NCBI GenBank assembly: GCA_036172245.1
Contig: JAYWIR010000008.1
Coordinates: 2,790,001-2,854,000 of the forward strand
Direction of reading: 5' to 3'
Length of the DNA: 64,000 nucleotides
Origin: Raillietiella orientalis
Lineage: Eukaryota
Shown: positions 50,788-62,499 of the stretch, in pieces
How positions within the stretch are numbered: position 1 is the first letter of the stretch
How the letters are laid out: each line of letters begins with the position of its first letter
Position numbers and translations under genes: made by a program
The notes under the pieces: model-generated
The model's input: the letters and a program-made list of their open reading frames with translations, nothing else
Database searches by the model: none
What the model was told of the DNA's origin: nothing

Positions 50788-52418
50788 GAAAGCGTGCAGG
50801 CTGTTCTCCGTTTCCCTCGCGCGCGTGCGATGACGACACACGCACGCAGCATCTTTCTCCCCGTTGTGTGGTCACCTGAGTTTGCCAGCGACGATCCCGG
50901 AACCACACAGAACGCTGGTGCGTGCCGGAAAAGCTCGCAAGCTTCTGTCTTCCGCGGAAAAGAGGCACGGGGCGGGTGAAACCGCGTGCGGCTCCTGCGT
51001 CCGGAGCGCCTGCGGCTCGGGAGACTCGTTCTTGCGGCTGTCACGGGAGACTCCCGACTCGCACCGGGATCGGGATTTGGGGGAGAGGTGAGCATGCTGT
51101 TTTTGCTTTTCTCACGCGCATGCTGAACAACAGCGTTAAGGAACCCGCGAAGTGGAGGTCCGGAACAGATGGGCGAAAGCTGATGCTTCCAGGTCCAGCT
51201 GCCAAGGATGCATCGCTCCTCCCACCATTTTGTTCACGAGCTATCCATACGGTCACGCTTTCGATCCAGAGGAACGCGTCGCGCGGCCTCTTACAGGATT
51301 CCGGTAGATCCCTCAATAGTCTCAAGGACAACCACATCTCATCAGCGCCGACTTCTTCCGAGGTCGACTCCGATCCCCGCGGACCAGTAGGTCAGCGTGG
51401 ATGATTCCTTGCATCCCAGACCGGGTTCGCAGCTCCGACGTGAATGTTCTTTCTCGCCGCGTTCCTCGACCACGACTCTGAGGCCGGCCGTACCAGTCCC
51501 GATGGAGGTATTTCGAAACGAAAGCATCAGCCTCGGGGCAGGAACTCCAGGCGCAGGATCCGGGAAGCTCCTGCACGTGGCCACCGTCGCCGGCTCCCCG
51601 AAAGAACGTCGCCGCATTCTTGCCGAAAACGACGGTGCTGCTGTGCCACCGTCGTCTGAGGTACCGTCGGTCACTTTCAGGCGAAAGTGCGTCGTACCAA
51701 AACAAAAAGAACAGCAGCAGCCAAGAGCCACCAGGTCAGATAGCATCTCACTTGATCGTTGAGCCTCAGCATCCTGGATGAAACCCCGCGATCGTTCTTC
51801 CGTCTAGGAAGGACAGGGAACCGAAAATTAGCCTTGCGAATGCCCTGAAAACGTTTCCGTCTTCCAATTTCCAGAAGCACACCTAGGCAACGGAAACATC
51901 TTCCCCGATCGTACAGAGGTACCCTCCCTTTAACTTGTGAAAAGGTCCGAAATGGACTCTCAAAATGGATGCGATTTCAAGAAACCATCCATTCGGGTTT
52001 TTTTTTTCTAATAGAGAGTAGCATGCGGACTTAGCAGGAAGGAAGGAAGTGATTCTTCCGAACTGACGACACTCTTCCTCGATCGAAGGCTTCCCGCAAA
52101 CGTTGGGATGGCGAAGGGGGCGGGGGGGAAGCATTCCCCGAAAATCCCGATCGGGGTCTCCCGTGACGGCCGCAAGAGCGAGTCTCCCGAGCCGCAGGCG
52201 CTCCGGACGCAGGAGCCGCACGCGGTTTCACCCGCCCCGTGCCTCTTTTCCGCGGAAGACAGAAGCTTGCGAGCTTTTCCGGCACGCACCAGCGCTCTGT
52301 GTGGTTCCGGGATCGTCGCGGGCAAACTCAGGTGACCACACAACGAGGAGAAAGATGCTGCGTGCGTGTGTCGTCATCGCACTCGCGCGAGGGAAACGGA
52401 GAACCGCCTGCAGGCTTC
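50788..52418. repeat. Inverted duplication: arms 50788-51085 and 52134-52418, ~1.05 kb spacer
   Basis: The arms are near-identical reverse complements. The ORF track shows the same peptides on opposite strands, e.g. MCGHLSLPATIPEPHR at 50864+ and 52343-. They differ by scattered substitutions and one ~15-nt indel. Confidence 0.93.
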
Positions 52419-54221
52419 CTGAGACAATAAAATGGACACCTCGGTCTCTCGCCGTGTGGCGCACGTCGTCCTCGGAATGGGAAGAGGGAAGAGAAAGGGG
52501 GAGAGCCATCGGAATCCTCGGACGGCTTCCGCCGGCCCTCCACCCGTCCAGGGAAAGATGAAATCGCCGTAAGGTGCGCGGTTCCTCGCTCTTCTTGCAT
52601 TTCGCTCGCTCCACCCGGACGTTCCTCAAAGGTTTCAAAGCTCCGTGCAAGATCGAAGCAAAGGTGGGAAAAAAAAAGGTACTGGCGCACTCCAGTCGCC
52701 CTCGGGATCGGAATGCCGGGGGGCAACTTGAAAAAATAAAAAGGTAAACATGAAAAGGGATTCGAACTTCTACTGACTACCACTGGTTCGTGATCTTCCT
52801 GGCATTGTCTCGCATGGCCTCTTAAACTCCACTGACGAAGAAGTTCTCTGATATGGGAAAGCAAGCATCAGGGATTCCGTCTGAGTGCCGTATCGCAGGG
52901 CTCCGGGAAAGCGGATCGAACGCGCCAGAGCTTGAGAGCCATTTTCCGGAACGAAAAAACGAGACTCGAGGACGGTCTCCATCTTTGTTTGGAGGGTCGC
53001 AGTCTCCCAGGTGCACTCTCATGGCTCCTTTCGTCCTCCCCCGAAGACTTTTAAAGGGGGAGAGAGAGAAAATGGAGACGCGTCCTCGCCGTGTCGGGCG
53101 GCTGCTCCTCTCATCGTGCTTTTGGTTTCTGTCTCGGATCTCGTCCGTATCAACCGGGAATGCCGCTTCTCCTTTCGCCTTGCCTGGGACCCGAAGGGGC
53201 ACCGGAGGAGTGCAGATGAGAAACTTTCCGCTCCATCACTCGGGAACGCTCCCTCCCTTCTTCAGGTCTTCCGTTTCTGCTCTATGCCAGGAATATATTT
53301 TTTTTTTCTCCGAGGAGAAGCTCTGTGCGAGAGGTTTCTTCCTGCGGGGAAGAGGAGGCATCTCTGCTTGTACGCCGTGCGGCCTAGCGCGGTAGAAGGG
53401 AGGGAGGGGAGGAGGGGAACCAAGGAGCTAGGCGGGTGGAGGATGCCATCGACTTTTCGAAATGATCTCTCCGGCAGATCGACCGATCCTACCATTCCAA
53501 CAAGCCCCACCAGCATCATCGTCATTAATAATTCCGCAACACAAAAGAACGGAGCGTGTGAAAGACACACACATACACACACACAGAGTGCAGCGGAGTG
53601 TTTGCAAAGCTTCGCCTATTCATCTGCCACCTCCGTCGGAGCTTCGATTCGCGCGCGTTTCCTTCGGAGTGCCGGAGTCCTGGAATCTGGAGGACTTTTC
53701 GGCTGAAAACTCTTAGCACGGAGGGAGCGGGCGCGAACGTCCCGCCAACGGAATCGCCTACCGCGATTCGATTCCAGAAGGAACGAACCCGCGTAACCCA
53801 CGAAACTATGAACGGCGTTTTCTTGGGATCCCTGAAGAACCTCGCATTTCCTTTCGTGAAGATGTGTCTGTTTTTCTTTTTCTTTCTTTCTTTCTTTTTT
53901 CTTTTTTTTTAAAAATAAAAGATGTGCGAGAGGTGTTTAAAACTAGCAGAGACCAAAAACATGAACTCTCCTATTCCTGACATCCTCGCCTTTTGTGGAT
54001 AGCCAACATAGGCAAGGGTGCAGACACTCGAAAGGGACGTCGCAACACGGGAACAAACGAAATTATGGGACCAGTCTCATCGACTTGGAACTCCACAGCA
54101 ATGCGCTTTCGTGCCGAATTTTCACGTCTGTTTGTTCGCTGTGAAAGTTGTGGTCAAAACGCTCTTTCATCGTCTTTCCAATCCATATAAAGAGCATATC
54201 TTCTTGGAAAGAAGGCTTCTT

Positions 54222-54406
54222 GCGCCGGCGGCCGTGTGGTTGCGGTCTCGACGCGTGGGTGGTCCCACGAGTCGCAGGTTCGAATCCCGCCCGGGGAAGG
54301 ATCTTCGCCGACACATGGGTGCGCCATGGGTTTCCAGTCCCCCTCCACTGGATGATGCCGGTTGGCCTATTCAAGTGCGGTAATGGTTGACACTCGGCCA
54401 TGCCGG
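54222..54406 (+). mobile_element. tRNA-derived SINE, copy 2 (best-preserved head; 3'-truncated at a LINE end)
   Basis: A-box-like GGCGGCCGTGTGG and a perfect B box GGTTCGAATCC (54277-54287). A long hairpin with a 4-nt loop replaces the anticodon arm, so it is not a functional tRNA. The downstream body is homologous to the other copies. Confidence 0.78.
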
Positions 54407-55230
54407 GGCGTTTATTTATAAAAAATAAACGAACGCGTCTGTGGCAGGACGTTTGATCCTGCCACTTAGGAATAAGAGAAGGAACTTGCCGGGAGCTGGC
54501 ACGCAAACCAGCGGGGTTCGCCTTGGCAGCACGGGGGAAGGGGAGACAAATAAAAGAAAAAATTAAACGAAAAATATACAATCCAAAAAAAAAAAAGTGG
54601 AGATTCGGGAGGGGATCATCGTGTGCTGGAGGGCGTCCTCTGCATCCTTGTAAGGATGCAGGCAAGGTCCTGTTTCACTGTTCCCAGATGGGGCCATCTT
54701 GACATTATCCTCATGAAGAGGACAACAGAATAAATGGCGTCCCTGTCGTTCGGGACTTCTCTGGTGCTGCTCCATGCAGCCGCCACGGTCCCGCCGCGTG
54801 GGCAGCAAAGTGCTGCTGGGGATGCGGCCGGCGTGAAGAGGAGCTTTACAACATCTCTGGCGTTGCCGCCGGCGGTTACAAGGTTCGCGGCAAAGGGTCT
54901 CCAAAGGGGCCGGAGGGCAACACAGTTCACTAGGAGGTGCAGGAGGGATTCTCGTTCCCCGCATCTTGCACAATTTAAGTCCACCCCTGCCCTCCGTGCC
55001 CACAGATGCCGGCGGGCGTTGCACGAGAGGCTCCAGTGCAGCAGCATCGATGCCGACTCCTGCCACTTTAAGAGGAGGATGCAGGCGTTCATGGACACCG
55101 GGGGTCACTCCACAACGCAAGAGTCCACAAGATCGAGCAATCGGGATTGCAGCGACGGTGAGCTGACCCCCCGTCCACTCGCCTTCCGGAGATTTCAACA
55201 GCAACCTCCTCCCATCTAGTCGTAAGGCTA
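54407..55230 (-). mobile_element. 5'-truncated L1/Tx1-like non-LTR retrotransposon (ORF2 C-terminus plus 3' UTR)
   Basis: ORF 54616-55098 contains LLHWSLSCNARRHLW..CARCGERESLLHLLVNCVALRPLW (C-x2-C-x7-H-x4-C). The 3' UTR is homologous to 19766-19960 and ends AATAAACGCC. Confidence 0.8.
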
Positions 55231-55324
55231 CTGTCCATGTGCTTCCTAAGGAGGGACAGCGCGGCGGCGAGGGAGGTTTTGATTGCTCACGCACTCTTCA
55301 CGGGATCTTCCAGGATTTCCCAGA

Positions 55325-55920
55325 GCGTGCAGTTGTTGTTGCGCGCCTGCAGGAAACGTCGCACTTGTTCCGCACTTGGCTTCTGGATCCTCGCCCGCAT
55401 GCAAAAGGTTCCATGCAGCCAGGCACTGCTGTTCGCGGGTGCGGCACTAGTGGAAGCTGGAAACCTCCGGTTGCCCCTGTTGACTGGCCTGGGTCCTTCC
55501 AGGAATTAAGGAACCGGTTGCCTTCAGGGTTCTCCTCCAATTGTGGAAATGGAGCCGGACCATGGAGGTGGTCGATACTTCCCCGAGGCGTTTCCTCTCC
55601 AGAGTGTGCTCCCTTCGGGGAGTGGCCGCTTCAAAGAAATCGGGGTTCTTTTCAGGGCAGGAACAAGGGGCGGTTCCCTCCCGGAGTCCCTCCGGAGAGA
55701 ATGAGGAAGAGGTGGTTCGCTTCGGGGTTCAGCTCCCGAGCGTAAAAGGAATGGACTCCTCCCTCCGGAGCTTTCATGAGGTGCTCCCCCCCCGGGGTTA
55801 TCCCGTGTACCCTGAAGAGTCAGCATGCACCCTCGGGTGGCATGAAAGGGTTCAGTGAGCCTCTGGGTGAACGTTTCTTGAGCACTTTGCGTACCAGGAA
55901 AAAACGAAAAAGAAACGAGA
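55325..55920 (+). mobile_element. tRNA-derived SINE, copy 3 (degenerate head)
   Basis: The body from ~55430 aligns with copy 1 (e.g. GCACCCTCGGGTGGCATG, CCTTCCAGGAA, GGAAATGGAGCCG). There is an A-rich tail at 55899-55920. The head is only weakly recognisable. Confidence 0.65.
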
Positions 55921-58900
55921 CTTCCGGTGGCATGGGAAGTAGCGGTCAACGGATCTCTGGAGCGTTCTCCAAACAGCCTCTCCTTACAACAGAGGACCGT
56001 CTTCCAAGGCTCCCTCTTTTCGAATCGTTTAGCAGCCCTCTCGCTTACCTGCTAACCGCATCCTCAGATCGGTGGAGCCACCGCTAGTGCGAGCTTTGGT
56101 GAGCCGCGAAACTTGTCCGTTGACCACAGTTCGAGCTACCAGCAGTTTAGCGGTTGATTTGAAGTATTTCTTTGTCTTTCTATCAAGCTCGAAACAGCCT
56201 GGTTTCTTCTTACTGTCTGTTGTTGCTATCTCTCCTCCCTTCCCCCCCCACACCCACTTACCCACTACATAGGTTTGTATCGTGTGCATCCCACAGTATT
56301 ACTTGTGCACACTGCACGCAAGCATTTTTAGGTCATCGCATGACCTTCACGTGGCGGTTGAGTCACAGCATGCTAACGGTCTTGAGGTACGTCAACACGC
56401 CTTTCTGAGTGACAACGTTAAAAAATGGCGCAAAACACTGGAATTTCTGAACACGCTCGGGATGCCAGCGTCCAAAACAATGCTGACCTTTGACATTTGA
56501 TTTGCATATCATTCATTTGACGGATGATTGTGCGGAGTTCGGCATGGATCCTCATGTATGAATTAGCCAAGCATCTGCCAAGTGTGGCATGCGGATCGCA
56601 AGTTTGAGATATCAACGAAGGGTTTCTCCCTGCGGTGACCTCGGGTAGGGGCGTCCTTCCTCACAGCGCTGAGAAGGCCCAAATTTTGTTGGCACGACTA
56701 TTGTTTTTGTACCAATTCGCATTCCTGATGCTTCGCTTTTTCCTTGCTGTGCATCCTGAGATTTTGCTTGACCGAATCTGACCCTCTCCCCACCCTCCGC
56801 TCCTTCCGCGTCACGAATGCGCCTACTCCAGCCACAACGAATGCACGCACTGCGGCTCACAGTGGATTCCTCACCCACCTGTTTCGTACATGCCTATACA
56901 CCTGCCTCGTGACCTCAAGCAACCGCTCGACATCTTTCTGCAGCAGAAATCCGCCTCGCGGTCATTCCAGCCGTGGAGAAGACTTCGTAGAAAATGCGCG
57001 GACACGCCGCGGGGTTCACCGATTCCCTGACGTCGGGATCGTGCCCGTTGAGATGCAGGACTTGGGATGATGGGCTTCGCAGCCGGCGCTTCGCGCTCAG
57101 TTGGATCGGCCATCGTTGTGTACCACTGTGGCCTCAAAGATCCATTCCCCGCTAATGTCTCAGTAGGTCTTGGTTTCAGCCGGAAATCCAGGAAGCGGGA
57201 AGTTGCGTCTGCAGCTGCAGGAAAGGGAGAAAATGGAGACGCGATTTTCGTCGTGCTTTTGGTCTCCCGTCTAGGAGCTCGTCCGTGTCAAATGGGAACG
57301 CCGCTTCTCCTCTCACCTCGCCTGGAACCCGGAGGGAAAGTCTCATTTTTTTTCCTGTTTTTCTTTTTTTTTCCAGGGGATTTTGCAGATCAGTCGGAAT
57401 GCTTCGCTCGTCTGATAGCGAGCTGGGAAAAGGAAATGCGGAGCCGACACAGCCGATGTCTGCAGCACTGCTGAGTTTCACTTCCGGAAGCAATAGACTG
57501 GTTGATGCAGTGAGCACGCAGCTGTGGACAAGGAAAGCGAAATCGACGCCATAACGAAGATCGATGTTAAGAACGGCAATGGGAAAGAGTATCTCCGCCT
57601 GGGCATCCTCCTTCTGTCCTGGGGGAAAACTACTGTGAGCGCTGCTGCAAGACACGCGGTGAAGAATGCGCAGGGGTCCTAGTCGCAATAGCTGCTATCT
57701 GGAAAAGAAAAGGAAAAACATAGAAAAGAAAAAAAAAAAAAAAAAATAGAAGGGGAAGACGGTAAACCGCAAAAAAAAAAGAAAAAGAAAAAGAAAAGAA
57801 GCCATTCCGGCTCTGACGACCGAAGTCTCGCTTTCTTTTTCACAAGGGAAATTTCGTTAAGAGTCACTACGACGGTGCTGGAAAAAGTTTCCATCCGACG
57901 GCACCCACAATTAAAAATACCCATCGCTGGATGCCGAAATGGAAAAAAAAAAAAAAAAAAATGGTATCTCTTGCTGGGCAAAAATTGTGGGAAGCTCGAA
58001 ACAGCCACACACTTGCAGCGAGCTCTGAAATCCGAAAGGGCAGCATCTCACCTATTGTACCAGTAGTAAATGTTTATAGTTCACCTCGGAGCTTGCGTTT
58101 CGCTCATATCAACGTCAGGAGTGATCGAATCGTAATTGCAAGCCGCTTCTTCAGCTGGATGGTATCTCCAGGGGTCAGTAATTGGCTTACCAGCTTTCGC
58201 GTTGTCCATTTCTCCTGGAAGTTACCTGCTGTGGCTCTGTCTTATTGTCCCTCCTGCAGCACCCTGCTTCACTGAGAAAAATAAGATGCAAAATGCGGTT
58301 CCAGCGGTGCCGCTGCTACTCGATGCCGTTCTTCCACTACGTCACAGTCAACTCCCATTGATTAATGCAACAGGAGGCTGACCAAGAGGAGGTCGGAGCA
58401 CCCGAAGGCATCATTCACTGCCGTTTGCCACGGGAGCTTCTAAGGTCTCTTCCCAAGAGCACGTTTTAGGAGAAAACAATCGTTTCGTGCAAGCGCTTTA
58501 CGCGCAGGGAAATCAGCTGAAGAAACAGCCTCAGGGCAAAGCTGAATTCTCATCTTGCCTAAATATAAGCCTTGATCTTCGAGCATATTTGCGGAAAAAC
58601 CACGGTATAAAAACACATCCCCACACTCCCATACACACACACACACACACGCACGCAGCACAAACAAACAAACAAACAAATGCAAAGACTTCACTCTGTC
58701 TGAAGGACTGCGTTTGTTCCGTCGATGATTAAGGGACAGCCAGCTGATAACTTCGACTGAGGTCAACCGATATTTTGTTAAAAATTCGGGCGGGGCGGGC
58801 GGAATTCTTGGTGTGGAGGATTTCTATCACCTGGAGAACAGCCGGGTTAAAGGAAAGCGGTTGGCGATGCATGTCTAGCCAGACAAGGATCGTCTAAGGA

Positions 58901-61597
58901 ATTCAGATGTCTCCAAGAGCCCACACGTGCGTGCTGCTCCTGAAAGTCTTCCCTTCCGCGAACAAGACGTTCTGCTCTTCTTCAGTGGAATGAAGAAGTC
59001 CACGTGCGCTTCATCCATTCACTGTGCCTCTCGAAAGTCTTTTGCCTGCCCTGGTTGATCAGCACTTTCGGTGGTGAGATCCTCGGAGGTGCATTTTCAT
59101 CTTTTAGAAAGCGTCGAGGTCGCCAGCTGGTCCCTGAAAATGATTTTTTTTCTTTTCCTCTCGGAAGCCGCCGGCAGCTGAAGCAGAAAAGCATTTCCAG
59201 CAAGCAAGGCATTCAATTTCTATTCTCTATTTAACAGACTCCATTTGGTCTCCGCAAAGTGGAGCGCTCAAACTGCTCTCTGCCTCGGTGGAAGAAATCC
59301 CGGAGTTTCATCTTGTTTCACGAAGCGCTCTCAATTCGGGAAGGAGTCCATTCCTAGTGGGCAGCTTCCCGGCCCATGCACGAACACGGATTTTCTGCTC
59401 CCGGATTGAGCCCTGACCTCGAAGTCGTGTTGTCCTGTTCATGTTCTCTCCTAACTTTTCCTTTACATAGATAGGGTCACAGTTTGGGAAGTCCGGAGGG
59501 AGCGTTGACCAGAAAATAAGGGATGAAATAAAAAGCATCTTCTCTACGAGAGATGGAGCGGCCGCGTTCCCTCCCTGCTCTCCCTGAAGGTGGCATTCCT
59601 AATTCTTCTTGCACTCGACACCATCACGGAATCGTCTCCATAGGAAAGGTAACATCGGTAGCGCGAGAGGAACACGTGCTTGTGCATGGTCTCCGTGCAC
59701 GAAAGTGCTGTTGCCAAACGTCGCGCAAATGGACCAGGGAAGAACACTCTCAAATCGAATGACACGGGAGGGGAGGTGCTAACAAGTTGGCAGTTTTGTC
59801 ATCTTCAACGAAGACTCCCATCTCTTTCTTCGGAGCAAGGGATCGGCCGATTTACCGAGGAAGAATTCCCTATTCCTTTTTTTTTTCTTTTCCTTTTCAG
59901 TCCTTCTTCGATGCTCCAGGTCCGGTTCTCCCTCCCTCCAACTTCTCTCGGCACCTGTTGCAGATTAGCCCACGCTGGTAGATGTCGCTGCAGGCTTGAC
60001 GCTTTGCTCCGCGAACCCCGCAGGAAGGATGGCGCTCGGGAGACGGCTGCGCGTGCCTCAAGGGAGGTGAACGGTGGAACGTCACCAGGCAGTTAACTTC
60101 GGCTGATAAGTGAGATCCTTCCAAGACCAGCACTCTTCTCTGGTTGCGGATCCTTTGTGAACTCACGGGTTACTTCTTTTCTTTAGCGCGGCTGAGTCTT
60201 GTGGAGCATGGCAGCAGGCCGTGTGGATTCTGGAGTTCGGAATGCACTCTGATGCCCTATTCGGGACCCGTTCTTCGATTCCTGAAGTGCTGCTTTCTGT
60301 TCCTCTGAACATCACTTGACCTTCTTCGACTGCGAAACTCTTCCGACGATTTGGCAGCTGGGGAAAGTTGGTTTCGAGTTTGCTTCTCTTTTCTTTTTTC
60401 TCAGCGAAAATGAACCGAATTCTATGAAAATGAGCTGGAATCTCTCCGTCACCACCACCCCATCCCACGGTGTGGACGGCGTTCCAGTGGGTTGCCAAAG
60501 CGCTGCTACCTACTACCTATGCGAGTCACACGGTAATGGCGGCGAATGCCTTGGACTGCCTCCATGGCCGGGCGCCGAAAGCAGCGACCACGTCTCGAAT
60601 TGAGTCGAACTCGCCCTTCAGCGTGGACGTCGTTTGGGAAGATGCTGGGGGTGATGGTCTGCGAGAATTCGGGGACGGCAGGGATGATCCCCGACCGTTC
60701 AGAGGTGTGCTCGTGCGCCGCGCCACAGCACATGTGGGGCGCTTAATTCAGGTGTCACGTCATTTCTGCCGGTGACGTTTCCATCCCTTCGCAAGTGGCG
60801 CCCCAATTTTTTTTCAGGTTAATCGAAACCTTCCCCTAGCTCCATCCCAGAGCTGTTTGATCCAGCTCTTCAATTTGGGCCTCCTTTAATCGCATCGCTC
60901 GTCGGTGTCCAAGAGTCGGCGTCCTTCCGTTTCTCACGCAGACATCTTGGTGCTTTCGGGTGCGGACTCGTTACTTCTACCTCATGTATCGGATAGAGGG
61001 AACCAGAGAGGATGCTGTTAAATTACAAGGTCCGGACCGTGGTAATGATGGCTTCTGAGCAGAAATTCATGGATTCGCTCCCTGGCGGGATCGTTGTGCA
61101 CGTTCTTCGGGTTGTGTGGGTGAAAAGAGAATTCTTCGTTTCCAGTTCTTTTCCAGCCGCGTTTCCGCCCCACGACAAGCGTTGGGATCCATCGGAAGTG
61201 TGGGGTGCGTGGAGAGATTACCCAAGCTGCTGACCTCTGAGCACAGACGACTCGAATGAGTCCCTCACCGCCGTCCTTGAGCGAGGTTTCCCACCCCCAC
61301 CTTCATCCAGAACCCCGAGTTCTTCCGTCGGAGCTTCCCCTTCCAGCCAAGCACCGAATTCAGCTGCGAATTTCGAATATCTTGTCATACTCCCGCTCTC
61401 GAAGCGCTCCTGTGGCTCCGGAGTGGCTGGCCTCGTGGCGACCTTCCCCCCTTCAAATCGCTGCTGCCGCCGCTACGCAGAAGGAGCCGAAACGGTTCTG
61501 ATTGCGCAGAAGGCTTGGCTTGTCGACGCCTCCCCCGCGGAAGCGGAAGAGTCCTTGAACACGCCTCACCCGCTTCCTCGTGCTGTTTCCCTTACAG

Positions 61598-62395
61598 CTT
61601 TTTTCTTTTTTGTTTTCTCGAGTTTTCTTTCTTCCTTTAGTTCTCAAAAAGTCCTCAGGAACCGTTCGCCTCCGTTGGGGAGCTCTTTGACGCTGTCCAC
61701 CCATCCGAGGATGCGTGGAACTCTCCAAGTTGCTGGGGGTTTCTTGGATGGTGCTCTTTTCTGAATTTATACGATGACCCCCAGAGTTCAGGAAGGAGTC
61801 CATTGCTCTTAAAATTCGTAGGGAACCTTGGAGGGAACCTCCTTGTTCTCTCCGGAGGGATCCCCCGGTTTGTGGGAACCGCTCCTCGTTTCTTATTCGA
61901 ATGGAACCCGGAAAGGATCCGCTATTAGAAATTTCTTCTCTTTCGGAGGGAAGCTGCAAGGGAACCGCTCCTGTTTACTGCTCTGAAGAGAACCCTGAAG
62001 AAACGCTTCCCCTTTTCCCTGAAGGGTCGCTCCCCGAAGTGAGTGGCACACTTCACCCTCTGGAGAGGCATCATCAATCCAACAGCTCCATGGTACGAGA
62101 CGGAGGGTCCCTCTTGAAAGGGTGGCTCCGCCCCTTTGCACAACCGGAGGGGGAACTATACACTCCTTGATTCCTGAAAGGACCGGGGGGTAGACTCCCA
62201 GCCCCGTCCACTCATCGAGGGCGTCCGGTTTCAACCGCTACCGGTGCAGCACCCGAATAGAGGCCAACCAACGTCATCTTGCGGGAGGAATCCGAACCCA
62301 CGACTCAGCCCCACCGTCGATTCTTTCCGAGTATTGGAGCCCGCGGCGTCCGGCGCCACGCCTTGCAGAGAGCGCGACCACATGACCTACGACGC
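61598..62395 (-). mobile_element. tRNA-derived SINE, copy 4 (~800 bp, with internal duplications)
   Basis: Minus-strand GATGACGTTGGTTGGCCTCTATTC..GGTAGCGGTTGA matches copy 2 (GATGATGCCGGTTGGCCTATTC..GGTAATGGTTGA). The body matches copy 3 (GGAGTCCATT, TTCTCTCCGGAGGGA, CTCTGGAGAGG). An A-rich tail lies at ~61600-61640. Confidence 0.65.
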
Positions 62396-62499
62396 GGACC
62401 GTGTGGTTACGGTCCCCGGGTCCGTTCTTGAGCAAGATTCCAAAAAGGAGCCTCTCCTTCCTCCCCCCCCTCCAGCAGAAAGTGAAGGAGTCCTTTCAA

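Larger units (their letters stand above)
53063..57336. repeat. Dispersed direct repeat, ~110-130 bp: 53063-53190 and 57226-57336
   Basis: Both copies share GAGAAAATGGAGACGCG..TCGTGCTTTTGGT..CTCGTCCGT..GGGAA(T/C)GCCGCTTCTCCT..GCCTGG(G/A)ACCCG. The minus-strand peptides are GEAAFPVDTDE and GEAAFPFDTDE. Confidence 0.8.

Noticed and set aside
54222..54296. Functional tRNA gene
   Set aside because: There is no proper 7-nt anticodon loop or clean acceptor stem, and the homology continues into a repeated SINE body.
54222..55920. One SINE split in two by the LINE
   Set aside because: The two parts overlap by ~40 nt of diverged homologous sequence, and the right part has traces of its own head, so two copies are more likely.
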